The notes beneath the pieces were generated by a model, which ran no database searches, was not told the origin of the DNA, and saw only the letters and a list, made by a program, of their open reading frames with translations. A program made the position numbers and the translations under genes. From a virus, in IMG/VR virus record IMGVR_UViG_3300050821_005528, positions 1 through 64,000 of that record: a stretch of DNA of 64,000 nt. One strand, given 5' to 3'. Shown here in pieces: positions 23,996 to 33,101 of the stretch (its first letter is position 1; each line of letters starts with the position of its first letter).

Positions 23996-24893
23996 CAAGG
24001 TTTTTGTTTTTGTTCCTGCGTTCGGTCAGCAAGTGTCCGCCACCACGTTCCTGACGACGCATGCCGTGCAGGCGGCCTTGGCGTCCAAGGGCATCGGCGG
24101 CGGCATTTCGACGCTTTCGTTTCCAGACATCGCCGAGTTGCGAAGCATGGCGACGACGATCTGGTATGACACGCTGCTGGATTCCTCGCACATCCTATTC
24201 GTCGATGCCGATATGGGATTCGCGCCCGATCTCGTCTTCGACATGCTTACCTTCGGCGAGCCCGTGATCGGCGCTATCTATCCTCAGCGCAAGATGCCGC
24301 TGTCGTGGGCGGGCTCCGGGACCGGCGAGAACCAAGCGGAACGTCGTGGTAATTTCATGCGGGTCGAAGGCGTCGGCATGGGGTGCACGCTGATTCATCG
24401 CGATGCCATCCGCATCATGCTCGATAAGTTTCCCGAAATGGTCGATACGCGGCTCGAACTGCATCCGGCGGCCGGGATGCTCCGCGATACCGGCGCAAAG
24501 CGTTTGATTCGCTGCTTCGACAAGATCGACATTCCAGAGCGCGGCCAGGTGTCGGAGGATTTGTCATTCTGCATGCGTTGGAACAAGTGCGGGGGCACCG
24601 TCTGGGCGGCTGTCGGTCATCGGATCAGCCATGTTGGGCCGTTCGACTACTGCGGACGGTATCTCGACATGGTGGAAGCGCAGCAGGCGCAGGCCAACGC
24701 GGCTGCGAAAGCAGAGGCGGCGGCACAGAAAGCGGCGGAAGCAGAGCGTGTTCGGCTCGTCCATGATCAAGAGGCATTGCATACGGCTAGCGAAGCGGCA
24801 AAAGCGGAGCGCGACGTTGCCCAGACGGTAGTGGCCGTTGCCTCGGCGAAGCGCCGTAGCGGGCGCAACGGGCGGCACGCGCGAGCGGTGTAA
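23988..24893 (+). CDS. GT-A-fold glycosyltransferase with Ala-rich coiled-coil tail
   Basis: FVPAFG...ILFVDADMGF (DxD)...GMGCTLIHRD...SEDLSFC. Confidence 0.6.
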   Translation: MVNKVFVFVPAFGQQVSATTFLTTHAVQAALASKGIGGGISTLSFPDIAELRSMATTIWYDTLLDSSHILFVDADMGFAPDLVFDMLTFGEPVIGAIYPQRKMPLSWAGSGTGENQAERRGNFMRVEGVGMGCTLIHRDAIRIMLDKFPEMVDTRLELHPAAGMLRDTGAKRLIRCFDKIDIPERGQVSEDLSFCMRWNKCGGTVWAAVGHRISHVGPFDYCGRYLDMVEAQQAQANAAAKAEAAAQKAAEAERVRLVHDQEALHTASEAAKAERDVAQTVVAVASAKRRSGRNGRHARAV

Positions 24894-24912
24894 GATTTAT
24901 TCACATCGCCCC

Positions 24913-24940
24913 TTGACAGCGTTTTGCGCCCCTCTAATCA
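24913..24940 (+). promoter_or_regulatory. candidate sigma70-like promoter TTGACA-N16-TAATCA ahead of the capsid genes
   Basis: Located in the only sizeable intergenic gap (216 nt) of the head region. Would give a ~170-nt leader. Confidence 0.3.
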
Positions 24941-25109
24941 TGATCAGATATTTCCTCCCGTGAGTCACGAGAGGTCGAGCGAAGAGCGAAGATCAGCGGT
25001 GCCCGCGATCTGACGCTGAATATCCGCAGCGAGCCGTTGCGAATTTCCCCGGACTTCGGACCTTGGCAGAGCCTGCCTGGACGAGCCCCATCGTGGAGCT
25101 TGTTCGCGC

Positions 25110-25724
25110 ATGGCCAATACGCAGGCCCAATTCGGCTTCAGGCACATCGGGTTCTTGTCCGGGGGCGCTCCCGACTACCAGATGTCCACCTATCCGATTC
25201 AATCGACCTATTCGACCTTGATCGGCTTTGGCGATCCGGTCATCCAGAATTCGACGGCCGCCGCGACGGCGCCTTTCATCATCCAGGCAACCGGATCGCT
25301 TGCGACGGCTGGGCCTATCGTCGGCATCTTCGTCGGCTGCGAATACGTGGCCGCGAACGGCGTCACACAGTGGTCGCCGTATTGGGTCGGGTCGGCATCC
25401 ACCACGGCCATCGGCTACGTGATCGACGCCCCGAACGCCAAGTTCCTGGTGGCGTCGCTTCAGACCGCCATCACGTCGGCGAACATCGGGTGGGTGGCGA
25501 ATTTCACCACCGGCGCGCCGGCGACGACCGGCGGCGCTTTCTCCATCGCAACGCTCGACCAATCGACCGCAACGGCGGCCGGCGGCACGTCCGCGAGCGC
25601 GCTGCCGTTCAAGATTGTCGGTCTCTATCCCGGCGTCGGCAACGGCTCCGATCCGACCACCAACTACAACTGGGTCGTCGTCACCTTCAACAATCAAATC
25701 TTCAAGTCGCCGGTCGGCTGGTAA
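25110..25724 (+). CDS. virion structural protein, possible capsid decoration/cement protein
   Basis: 204 aa, Ser/Thr/Ala/Gly-rich and beta-rich, directly upstream of the major capsid gene. Confidence 0.6.
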   Translation: MANTQAQFGFRHIGFLSGGAPDYQMSTYPIQSTYSTLIGFGDPVIQNSTAAATAPFIIQATGSLATAGPIVGIFVGCEYVAANGVTQWSPYWVGSASTTAIGYVIDAPNAKFLVASLQTAITSANIGWVANFTTGAPATTGGAFSIATLDQSTATAAGGTSASALPFKIVGLYPGVGNGSDPTTNYNWVVVTFNNQIFKSPVGW

Positions 25725-25739
25725 GGGGAGACTCACTAA

Positions 25740-26654
25740 ATGCCCGTCGCATTGGCAAATATCCGCTCCGAGTTGATCCCCGGACTGTTTGATGTCCGCG
25801 GCTCATACGACATGATCCCGCGGCAGTGGGATAAGGTGTTCAAGACGCACACCTCGAACATGGCGGTCGAGCGCTCGACGCAGATGGCGTTCGTGGCGCT
25901 GCCGTATCTCAAGGACGAAGGCGCCGCGACGCAGTTCGACAATAACGCGGGCGAGCGCTTCACCTGGGCGTTCGTGCATATCGAGGTAGCGCTCGGCTAT
26001 GCCATCACCCGCAAGGCGATCGACGACAATCTCTACAAAGCCCAGTTCAACCCGACCAATCTCAAGCTTCAGGAAGCCTTCGCGCAATTCAAGGAAATCC
26101 AGGCCGCGAACATCCTGAATCTCGGCACAACCTACAATGCCGCACAGGTCGGCGATGGCGTCGCTTTCTTCTCGACGGCGCACCCATACGACGGCGGCAC
26201 GTGGCCGAATACGTCTTCGACGCCGAAGAGCCTGAACGAGTCGACACTCCTCGCCGACATGACGAACGTGCGCACGCAATTCGTCAACGAGCGCGGCCTT
26301 CGCATTCTCGCTCGCGCCCGGCGACTGATCGTGCCGCCAAACCTCGAAGCCATCGCCATCCGGTTGAGCAAGACCGAGCTGCGGCCCGGCACGGCCGACA
26401 ACGATGTCAACGCCATCCTTACCTTGAGCGGCGGTCTGCCGGAAGGTTTCATCGTTCTCGACTTCCTCACCTCGAACTTCGCGTGGTTCCTCACCACGAA
26501 CATCGAGGGGATGATCCACATGATGCGTATTCCCTACGAATCTGACATGTGGGTCGATAACGTCACTGACAATCTTCTTGTCAAGGCATACGAACGTTAC
26601 TCATTCGGCATCAACGACCCGCGCGCCGCGTGGGGCGAATTCCCGACCTCGTAA
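25740..26654 (+). CDS. major capsid protein (HK97-fold type, inferred)
   Basis: 304 aa with RBS TAAGGGGAG. The position and the sequence pattern (WDKVF...ERSTQ...LKDEGAA...ITRKAIDDN...) resemble phage major head subunits. Confidence 0.7.
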   Translation: MPVALANIRSELIPGLFDVRGSYDMIPRQWDKVFKTHTSNMAVERSTQMAFVALPYLKDEGAATQFDNNAGERFTWAFVHIEVALGYAITRKAIDDNLYKAQFNPTNLKLQEAFAQFKEIQAANILNLGTTYNAAQVGDGVAFFSTAHPYDGGTWPNTSSTPKSLNESTLLADMTNVRTQFVNERGLRILARARRLIVPPNLEAIAIRLSKTELRPGTADNDVNAILTLSGGLPEGFIVLDFLTSNFAWFLTTNIEGMIHMMRIPYESDMWVDNVTDNLLVKAYERYSFGINDPRAAWGEFPTS

Positions 26655-26669
26655 CCGGGAGCACGGCAG

Positions 26670-27950
26670 ATGGCCGATTCCAATTTCCGCGGTCCCGTCA
26701 ATGCGATGGGATCACTTGAGAACGCGAATGCTACGACCTCGCCGGGGTCGCAGGTTCCGATCGATCCGCTCGACGGGCCGTCCTCGTTCTATCAAGGTAT
26801 CTGCTGGCCTGATCCGCGCAGCGTGCCGTTTCCGAAGGATGGCTTCCGGCCTGGGCAGTTGCCTGCGATCCTCTATCTAGGCGACATGTGGACGGTCGAT
26901 GCCATTCCCCAGGCGACCAGTTCCACCACGCTTGCGGCCGCTCAGGCGGTGACGGCCAACGTCGCCATGGCGTTGTCTACCGTTGCGGTGACAAACTTCT
27001 CGTCCGGCGCCGCCTCTGTTGCCTACGGGGTGCCGATCCCGGTCGGGACATCGTTCACGATTGCGCCGATCGCGCTCGACTTCGGGTTCACGACCGGCAC
27101 CACGGTCGCCAATTCGTCGGCGGTCACCGTTCCCGACAGCACGAAGTTCACGGTCGGGCAGTGGGTCATCCTCGGCAACGTCGCGAACGCCGCCGGCACC
27201 GCGAGCCTGATCACGCAGATTCAATCCACCTCCGGGACGACCACGGTCTATGTGGGGTCGAACCTGCCGGCGACCGCGCTCGGGATTCCGATCGGGGCCG
27301 CCAATCTGTTCGGCGGCAATTTCCTGCCGCCCGCGACGCAGTTTGGTCCTTCGGCGGTCAGCGCCATAGCGGCGGCGAATCGCCTCCAGGCGGGCTTCAC
27401 GCGTGTCCTCAATCCCAGCGAAATGCTCGCCCGCAACATCTGGGTGAGCATCGCGACGGCCGCGAATACTGCGGTTGCGGTCCTGGTCAGCGGATGGGAC
27501 GCCTGGTTTACGCCGATGACGGAGTTGATCACGCTCAATGCCACGACGAGCGTTACGTCGTCCTTCGGCAAGAAGGCGTTCAAGTACATCAACTCGCTCG
27601 TTCCGACCACGACGGTGGCGCAGAACGTATATGCCGGCATCGGCGATACTTTCGGGTTCCCGTTCCGCGCCGATGAATGGGTCCAGGTGCAGGTTTACGC
27701 CGGCGGCACCGCCGTCAGCAATTCGGTCGGCATCACCACGGCGCTTCTCAATACGGCCGCGACACAGACGACCGCCGACGTGCGAGGCACCATTCAGGTC
27801 AACGTCAATGGTGCCGGCAGCGCTATCAGCAATGTGATGACGACGAACAACGTCAACCGGCTTGCCATCATACAGAATCCGGGTGTATGGAATCAGATAT
27901 CCTGCACGCCCAACAATCTCGCGCCGATGTTCGGCACCGCTCAGGTCTGA
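26670..27950 (+). CDS. Ser/Thr/Ala-rich virion structural protein (426 aa)
   Basis: Beta-rich composition within the structural operon. Confidence 0.65.
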   Translation: MADSNFRGPVNAMGSLENANATTSPGSQVPIDPLDGPSSFYQGICWPDPRSVPFPKDGFRPGQLPAILYLGDMWTVDAIPQATSSTTLAAAQAVTANVAMALSTVAVTNFSSGAASVAYGVPIPVGTSFTIAPIALDFGFTTGTTVANSSAVTVPDSTKFTVGQWVILGNVANAAGTASLITQIQSTSGTTTVYVGSNLPATALGIPIGAANLFGGNFLPPATQFGPSAVSAIAAANRLQAGFTRVLNPSEMLARNIWVSIATAANTAVAVLVSGWDAWFTPMTELITLNATTSVTSSFGKKAFKYINSLVPTTTVAQNVYAGIGDTFGFPFRADEWVQVQVYAGGTAVSNSVGITTALLNTAATQTTADVRGTIQVNVNGAGSAISNVMTTNNVNRLAIIQNPGVWNQISCTPNNLAPMFGTAQV

Positions 27951-27963
27951 AGGAGACCCCATC

Positions 27964-28302
27964 ATGAAGGGTGGACACAAGTCCCATCACCACGGCAAGA
28001 AGGGCGGCGGTCGCGTCGGGCTCGTCGCGTCGGGCAACCCCGATGTGCTCAAGGAAGCCAAGGGCGAGGAGCCCTACGACAAGGGCGACGAGAAGAAGAA
28101 GGGTGGCGCCGTCAAACGCAAGGATGGCGGCCATGTTCACGGCAAGGCGACGAGGCATCGCATGGACCGGCCGAAGCCGGGGCGCAAGCGCGGCGGGGGC
28201 GTCGGAGCTGATCGCTCGCCGCTCAGCTCGGCGCATGCGAGCCACGGCGGCGGCGGAAAATCGCCGTCGTCCGAGGACAGCTACGGTGGGCATCCCGACT
28301 AG
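27964..28302 (+). CDS. highly basic Gly/Lys/His-rich protein (112 aa)
   Basis: RBS GAAGGAGACC. Starts MKGGHKSHHHGKKGGG and contains DGGHVHGKATRHRMDRPKPGRKRGGG. Confidence 0.6.
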   Translation: MKGGHKSHHHGKKGGGRVGLVASGNPDVLKEAKGEEPYDKGDEKKKGGAVKRKDGGHVHGKATRHRMDRPKPGRKRGGGVGADRSPLSSAHASHGGGGKSPSSEDSYGGHPD

Positions 28303-28308
28303 GCGGCC

Positions 28309-28563
28309 ATGTCGAAACTGACCGCCAAGCGACGTAACGCGCTTCCCGGCAAGGATTTTGCCGGGCCGGGCAGGTCCTTCCCGATCAATGATGCAGCGCA
28401 TGCGAGGAACGCCATCGCGCGGGCCTCGCAGTTTCATCCGGAGTTGAAAGCGGAGATTCGCGCCAAGGTGCATCGCAAGTTTCCTGGCATCAAGCAGCAC
28501 GAAGAAATGCGAATGGACGGCGGCGCCGTGCGCCACAGGGCGGATCGGTCGCGCCGGAAATAA
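28309..28563 (+). CDS. small basic protein with FPINDAAHARNAIAR motif
   Basis: I associate the motif with a phage DUF (DUF6582-like, from memory). The C-terminus is MDGGAVRHRADRSRRK. Confidence 0.55.
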   Translation: MSKLTAKRRNALPGKDFAGPGRSFPINDAAHARNAIARASQFHPELKAEIRAKVHRKFPGIKQHEEMRMDGGAVRHRADRSRRK

Positions 28564-28572
28564 GGAGCCTCC

Positions 28573-29220
28573 GTGTCCCTGCCGATCGTCGTCACCTACA
28601 ATCTCGCGGCTGCGGTCTCGACGAACATCGTCAACGTCGCGCCGATCCAGGGTCCAGGCATTCTGCCGCTCATCACCACGACCGGCGTGAGCCTCGATAC
28701 GCAGCGTCGCCTGCTCGTCACCACGACCGGAAACGAAAGCAGCAACACGTTCACCGTCAAGGGTACGAACCTCGCGGGATTTCCGATCACGGAGGTCATC
28801 ACGGGGCCAAATGCCTCAACGACGCAATCAAACCTCGATTTCAAGACGGTGCTGAGCATCACGGCGCTGGCGACGACGGCGGGAACGACATCGTTCGGCA
28901 CGGACGGCACGGGTTCGACGCCGTGGTATATCATGAACTGGCATGCGACGCCCACGAACATCGCGCTGTCGGGCGTGGTGACGAGTTCCAACACGACCGT
29001 CACATGGGGTGCGCAATATACCTATGATGATCCGAACAATCTGCCGGCCGGTGTTCTATTTCCCAATCCATTTCCGCATCCGGTGCTCAACGGCATTGCC
29101 GGCACCTCGTCGGTCGATGGCACGATCAACGATCCGGTGACGGCGATCAGGTTCATCGTGACGGCGGGGACCGGAACCATTCGCGGGACCATCATACAGG
29201 CGGGGATCGGATCGCCATGA
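28573..29220 (+). CDS. Thr/Ser-rich virion structural protein (215 aa)
   Basis: RBS AAGGAG followed by GTG. Confidence 0.6.
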   Translation: MSLPIVVTYNLAAAVSTNIVNVAPIQGPGILPLITTTGVSLDTQRRLLVTTTGNESSNTFTVKGTNLAGFPITEVITGPNASTTQSNLDFKTVLSITALATTAGTTSFGTDGTGSTPWYIMNWHATPTNIALSGVVTSSNTTVTWGAQYTYDDPNNLPAGVLFPNPFPHPVLNGIAGTSSVDGTINDPVTAIRFIVTAGTGTIRGTIIQAGIGSP

Positions 29221-29609
29221 AATCATTATCGACATTGTTCTGGCTGGTCGCGACGATCATCGTGCTCGGCGGCGGTCCGGCGCTCAATCAGCAGCGGGTC
29301 GCAACTACCGTGTCGGCACCCTCCGGGGCATTGACGCTTGCGAGCGGAGCGACCGCGCAGACGTTGTTCAACGCCAACGAAGTCATCAACGGCTGCGCCA
29401 TCATTAATCCGCTCACGGCGACGGAGCAGGGCATCGGCGCTGCGGAATCCATCACGATCTCGTTCATCACCACGGCGGTGGCGGGCGGCGGGCGGCCGAC
29501 ATCGATCCTCGAAGCCGGTCAGGCGATTGCGTGTCCGCAAGGGCTGACGCAGCCGGTGTCATGGATCGCGACGACCACGAGCCACGCAATCAACGTCGTG
29601 AAATGGTGA
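29217..29609 (+). CDS. protein with N-terminal hydrophobic segment (130 aa)
   Basis: ATGA overlap. Starts MKSLSTLFWLVATIIVLGGG. Confidence 0.55.
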   Translation: MKSLSTLFWLVATIIVLGGGPALNQQRVATTVSAPSGALTLASGATAQTLFNANEVINGCAIINPLTATEQGIGAAESITISFITTAVAGGGRPTSILEAGQAIACPQGLTQPVSWIATTTSHAINVVKW

Positions 29610-29613
29610 GAAG

Positions 29614-30336
29614 TTGTCGAGTGGCACCTACAACTATTCCTTGTCGAATGCAGAGGCGGTATTAGCCGCCTTCGAGCGTGTACAGATTCGCGCGCCGGAA
29701 ATCCGCCAGGAGCACATGCTCACGGCGCGGCGGGAGTTGAATGATCTTTTCGTTGAGCTTAGTAACCGCCAGGTGAACTTGTGGAGTGTGCAACAGCTTT
29801 CCATCAACCTGGTGCAGGGAACGGCAACCTATTCGATCCCGTCGAACGTGGTGATGATCCTCGATGCCTATCGGACACTCAATAACGGCACTACATCGCA
29901 GACCGACAGCTACATCGAGCCCATGAGCCGAACGCAGTGGGCGTCGATCGCCAACAAGTTCACGCAAGGGCCTCCGACGTCCTATTGGTTCGACCGCACC
30001 ATTACGCCGACGGTAACGCCGTGGCCGGTGCCGGATGGCAACGGGCCGTATGTATTGAATTATTTCGCATGCTCGCAATTGCAGGATGCCAGCCTGCCTA
30101 ACGGCGAGACGCCGAATCTGCCATATCGGTGGTTGGGCGTCATGGTGGCGGGGCTCGCCCTGCGGCTGGCGCGAGTTTATCCGCCGGCTGGCGGCGATCC
30201 GATCGCCTTCAAGGCCGATCGCAAGGCGGACTATGACGACGCCTGGAAATGGGCGGCCGAGCAGGATACCGAGAACGTGAATTTCACGATCGCGCCGAAT
30301 ATCTCGGCTTACTACAACAGGGGGCGCGGCTCCTAG
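29614..30336 (+). CDS. virion protein, possible head-tail adaptor
   Basis: TTG start. 240 aa. The function is guessed from position only. Confidence 0.5.
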   Translation: MSSGTYNYSLSNAEAVLAAFERVQIRAPEIRQEHMLTARRELNDLFVELSNRQVNLWSVQQLSINLVQGTATYSIPSNVVMILDAYRTLNNGTTSQTDSYIEPMSRTQWASIANKFTQGPPTSYWFDRTITPTVTPWPVPDGNGPYVLNYFACSQLQDASLPNGETPNLPYRWLGVMVAGLALRLARVYPPAGGDPIAFKADRKADYDDAWKWAAEQDTENVNFTIAPNISAYYNRGRGS

Positions 30337-30693
30337 ATGCGCCCCCATCCGCGATATTCTGAAACCGATTCGAGTGCTCCGCGGGGCTGGGCGACTTGCG
30401 AGCGTTGCGGATTTTTGTGGAACCTCTATCGGTTGCAGTATCAATTTGAATGGCGGGGGACACAGCTTGAGAATACGCGGCACCTTGTCTGCAACATTTG
30501 CCTTGACGTGCCGCAGCGCCAGCTCGGGACTGTGATCCTGCCGCCCGATCCGCTGCCGCTTCTCAATGCGCGTCCGGAAAACTATACGATCGACGAGGAG
30601 ACCTTCCGCGAGTTGATTGGCGGCAAGCAGCGTTACCTGATCGGCGGCGTTGCTCGGGTCGAGTCGAACCTTCAAAGCGGATCGGGTCGGTAA
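30337..30693 (+). CDS. small Cys4 (zinc-binding-like) protein
   Basis: CERCG...CNIC. Confidence 0.55.
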   Translation: MRPHPRYSETDSSAPRGWATCERCGFLWNLYRLQYQFEWRGTQLENTRHLVCNICLDVPQRQLGTVILPPDPLPLLNARPENYTIDEETFRELIGGKQRYLIGGVARVESNLQSGSGR

Positions 30694-32378
30694 TGGCGAC
30701 GCCCGCGCCAGGCACGATTCCGGCTCTCACGCCTTACCAGCCCGGCGCCCTGCCGATCAGCGGGCAAGAGCTTGTCGAGATAGCTTCATCGGGTAATGCG
30801 ACCACTGCGGTCTCTGCCTCGATGCTGATCACCGATGTGGTCGGCAAGACGCCGAGTGCGTTGCCGTTGCATACGCCGCTCGCCAACGATCTGCTGTGCG
30901 GCTACAGCGTTGCGAGCGGGACGCCGTTCTCGTTCAATGTCGGAAGCATCGCGGTCACGGCGGGCAATCTTCCGGCGGGGGGCACGGCCGGCCAGATACT
31001 CGGCAAGAATTCCGCGACGGCCTATGACGCCTCGTGGGATAATCTCAGTTCGTTTGTGACGGCCAGCACGGGGGTCATCATTGCGGGTTCCACAAGCCTC
31101 GTGGTGGGGCTGGCCACGGCCACGCCATTGTCGGTGCTTGGTGTGGCGGGTGCCGCGACGGCGGCGCCTCTTCCGATCGTCGGGACCGGCGCGCAAGTGC
31201 TTCGTGTCAACGAAGCCGGCAATGCGCTGGGGTTCGGGGCGGTTAATCTCGGGTCGGTCGCCGCAGTGATAGGCGTTCTACCGGGCGCGAACTATTCGGC
31301 GGTCAATCTCGCTGCTGCTGGGGCGGGTGGTGTGCAGGGCGTTCTGTCGATCGCCAGCGGTGGCACCAATACTAGCACCCTGACGGCCAATGCCGTGCTG
31401 CTTGGCGCTGGGGCGGCGACATTGCAGTTTGCGACGGTCGGCACGCCTGGGCGGCTCCTGATCGATCAAGGCGCGTCTAATCCGGCGTTTACGGTTGTGA
31501 CAGGCGATGTCACGATTTCCTCGAACGGCACCACGACCATCGGCGCCAATGCGGTCACTTACGCCAAGTTCCAGCAGGTTGCCGGGCTGTCGATCGTCGG
31601 AGTGACGGGAACTGCAACGTCGAACGCCGCTGCGATCACGGCTGGCACATCGCAGGTTCTTTTCGTCAACGCTGGTGGCACGACGCTCGGCTTTGGCAGC
31701 GTCAGCCAGCTTCTCGATAACGTTAACACCACGCAGGGGTCGATCCTTTACCGGAGTGCGTCAAGCTGGGTGGCGCTCGGCGGTGGCACCAATGGGCAGA
31801 TTTTGCAGACCCAGGGCACCGCGGCCAATCCCCAATGGGTCGGCGGCATGGTGCTCCTGAATACGCTGAGTCCAAACGGTGTTGCCTCGACGAGCGACAC
31901 TACGAGCCTGACGGCCGTATACCGGAATTACATGGTTACGTTCGAAAGTGTCAATCCGACTATCAGCGGCGCGACGTTTCAGATGCTGCTGGCGACGACT
32001 GGGACGGCCTTCGTCGCCGGCACTTATATCTCCGTGGTGCAATGCAACGTTTCATCCATCCTCATCACGGATACATCGACCAGTGCTATCCTACTGTCGG
32101 GCCTGCGCGCGACTGCCCAGGTGGGCACCGCAGCGTTCCCGGACTATGGCGTGAACGGGACGATGCGGTTTTTTAATCCTTCGCTGAACGGCACAAAAAA
32201 AATGTTTATCGGAGAGACGACATATATGGCGGTTGGATCGGAATCCACCTCAACCCTGGCTCTCGTGTCGTTTGCGGGGGCCAACGATGGCTTCGCGAAT
32301 CCGGTGACGGGACTTAATTTTGCGTTTTCCACCGGAAACATCGCGACCGGCACCATCAGGGTCTACGGGATTTACTGA
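30693..32378 (+). CDS. tail fibre protein with repetitive Gly/Ala/Thr units
   Basis: Recurrent units GQILGKN..A..DASW, AQVLRVNEAGNALGFG, SQVLFVNAGGTTLGFG and GQILQTQGTAANPQW. Confidence 0.7.
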   Translation: MATPAPGTIPALTPYQPGALPISGQELVEIASSGNATTAVSASMLITDVVGKTPSALPLHTPLANDLLCGYSVASGTPFSFNVGSIAVTAGNLPAGGTAGQILGKNSATAYDASWDNLSSFVTASTGVIIAGSTSLVVGLATATPLSVLGVAGAATAAPLPIVGTGAQVLRVNEAGNALGFGAVNLGSVAAVIGVLPGANYSAVNLAAAGAGGVQGVLSIASGGTNTSTLTANAVLLGAGAATLQFATVGTPGRLLIDQGASNPAFTVVTGDVTISSNGTTTIGANAVTYAKFQQVAGLSIVGVTGTATSNAAAITAGTSQVLFVNAGGTTLGFGSVSQLLDNVNTTQGSILYRSASSWVALGGGTNGQILQTQGTAANPQWVGGMVLLNTLSPNGVASTSDTTSLTAVYRNYMVTFESVNPTISGATFQMLLATTGTAFVAGTYISVVQCNVSSILITDTSTSAILLSGLRATAQVGTAAFPDYGVNGTMRFFNPSLNGTKKMFIGETTYMAVGSESTSTLALVSFAGANDGFANPVTGLNFAFSTGNIATGTIRVYGIY

Positions 32379-33094
32379 TGCCGCTGACCTACGCCACCTA
32401 TCAAGCGTCGATCGCGAACCTGATGCCGGTTCAGGCGAGCGATCCTGGCTTCCTCACCATGTTTCCGAACATGATCGACGATACCGAGCAGAGGCTTTAT
32501 CGCGAGCTCGACTTGCTCAATACCGTCGCGCGGGATTCCTCCTCCACTTTGACCATCAACACCCGCACGTTCAACCTCCCGACATCGATCGGCATCTTCG
32601 TGGTGACGGAGCAGTTCAACGTCATCACGCCGGCCGGCACCACGAACCCGGAGAACGGCTCGCGCAACGGCTTGGTGCCGTGCTCGAAGGAAATGCTCGA
32701 TGCGCTGTGGCCGTCCGTGAACGGTTCGACGGTGCCGCAGTACATGGCGCCGATCACGCAATCGACGTTCATCGTGGGGCCGTGGCCGGATCAGGCTTAC
32801 ACCGTCGAGGTGGTGGGCACGCAGCGTCCCCCCGCGCTCTCGACCACCAATGTCACGTCACTGCTGTCGGTCTACTTCCCCGATCTGTTCATCGCGGCCT
32901 CGATGGTGTTCGCTTCGGGCTATATGAAGAACTTCGGCGCCGCAGTCGATGATCCCAAGATGGGCGTGACCTGGGAGCAGCATTACGGCGCGCTGTTTGC
33001 GTCCGCCAGCACGGAAGAGAACCGCAAGAAATTCGCCATGGCGGGATGGTCGAGCAAGCAGCCGGCGCCGCAGGCGACGCCGCCGCGCATGTGA
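32378..33094 (+). CDS. virion/tail-associated protein (238 aa)
   Basis: TGATG overlap within the structural operon. Confidence 0.6.
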   Translation: MPLTYATYQASIANLMPVQASDPGFLTMFPNMIDDTEQRLYRELDLLNTVARDSSSTLTINTRTFNLPTSIGIFVVTEQFNVITPAGTTNPENGSRNGLVPCSKEMLDALWPSVNGSTVPQYMAPITQSTFIVGPWPDQAYTVEVVGTQRPPALSTTNVTSLLSVYFPDLFIAASMVFASGYMKNFGAAVDDPKMGVTWEQHYGALFASASTEENRKKFAMAGWSSKQPAPQATPPRM

Positions 33095-33101
33095 GGATAA
33101 G

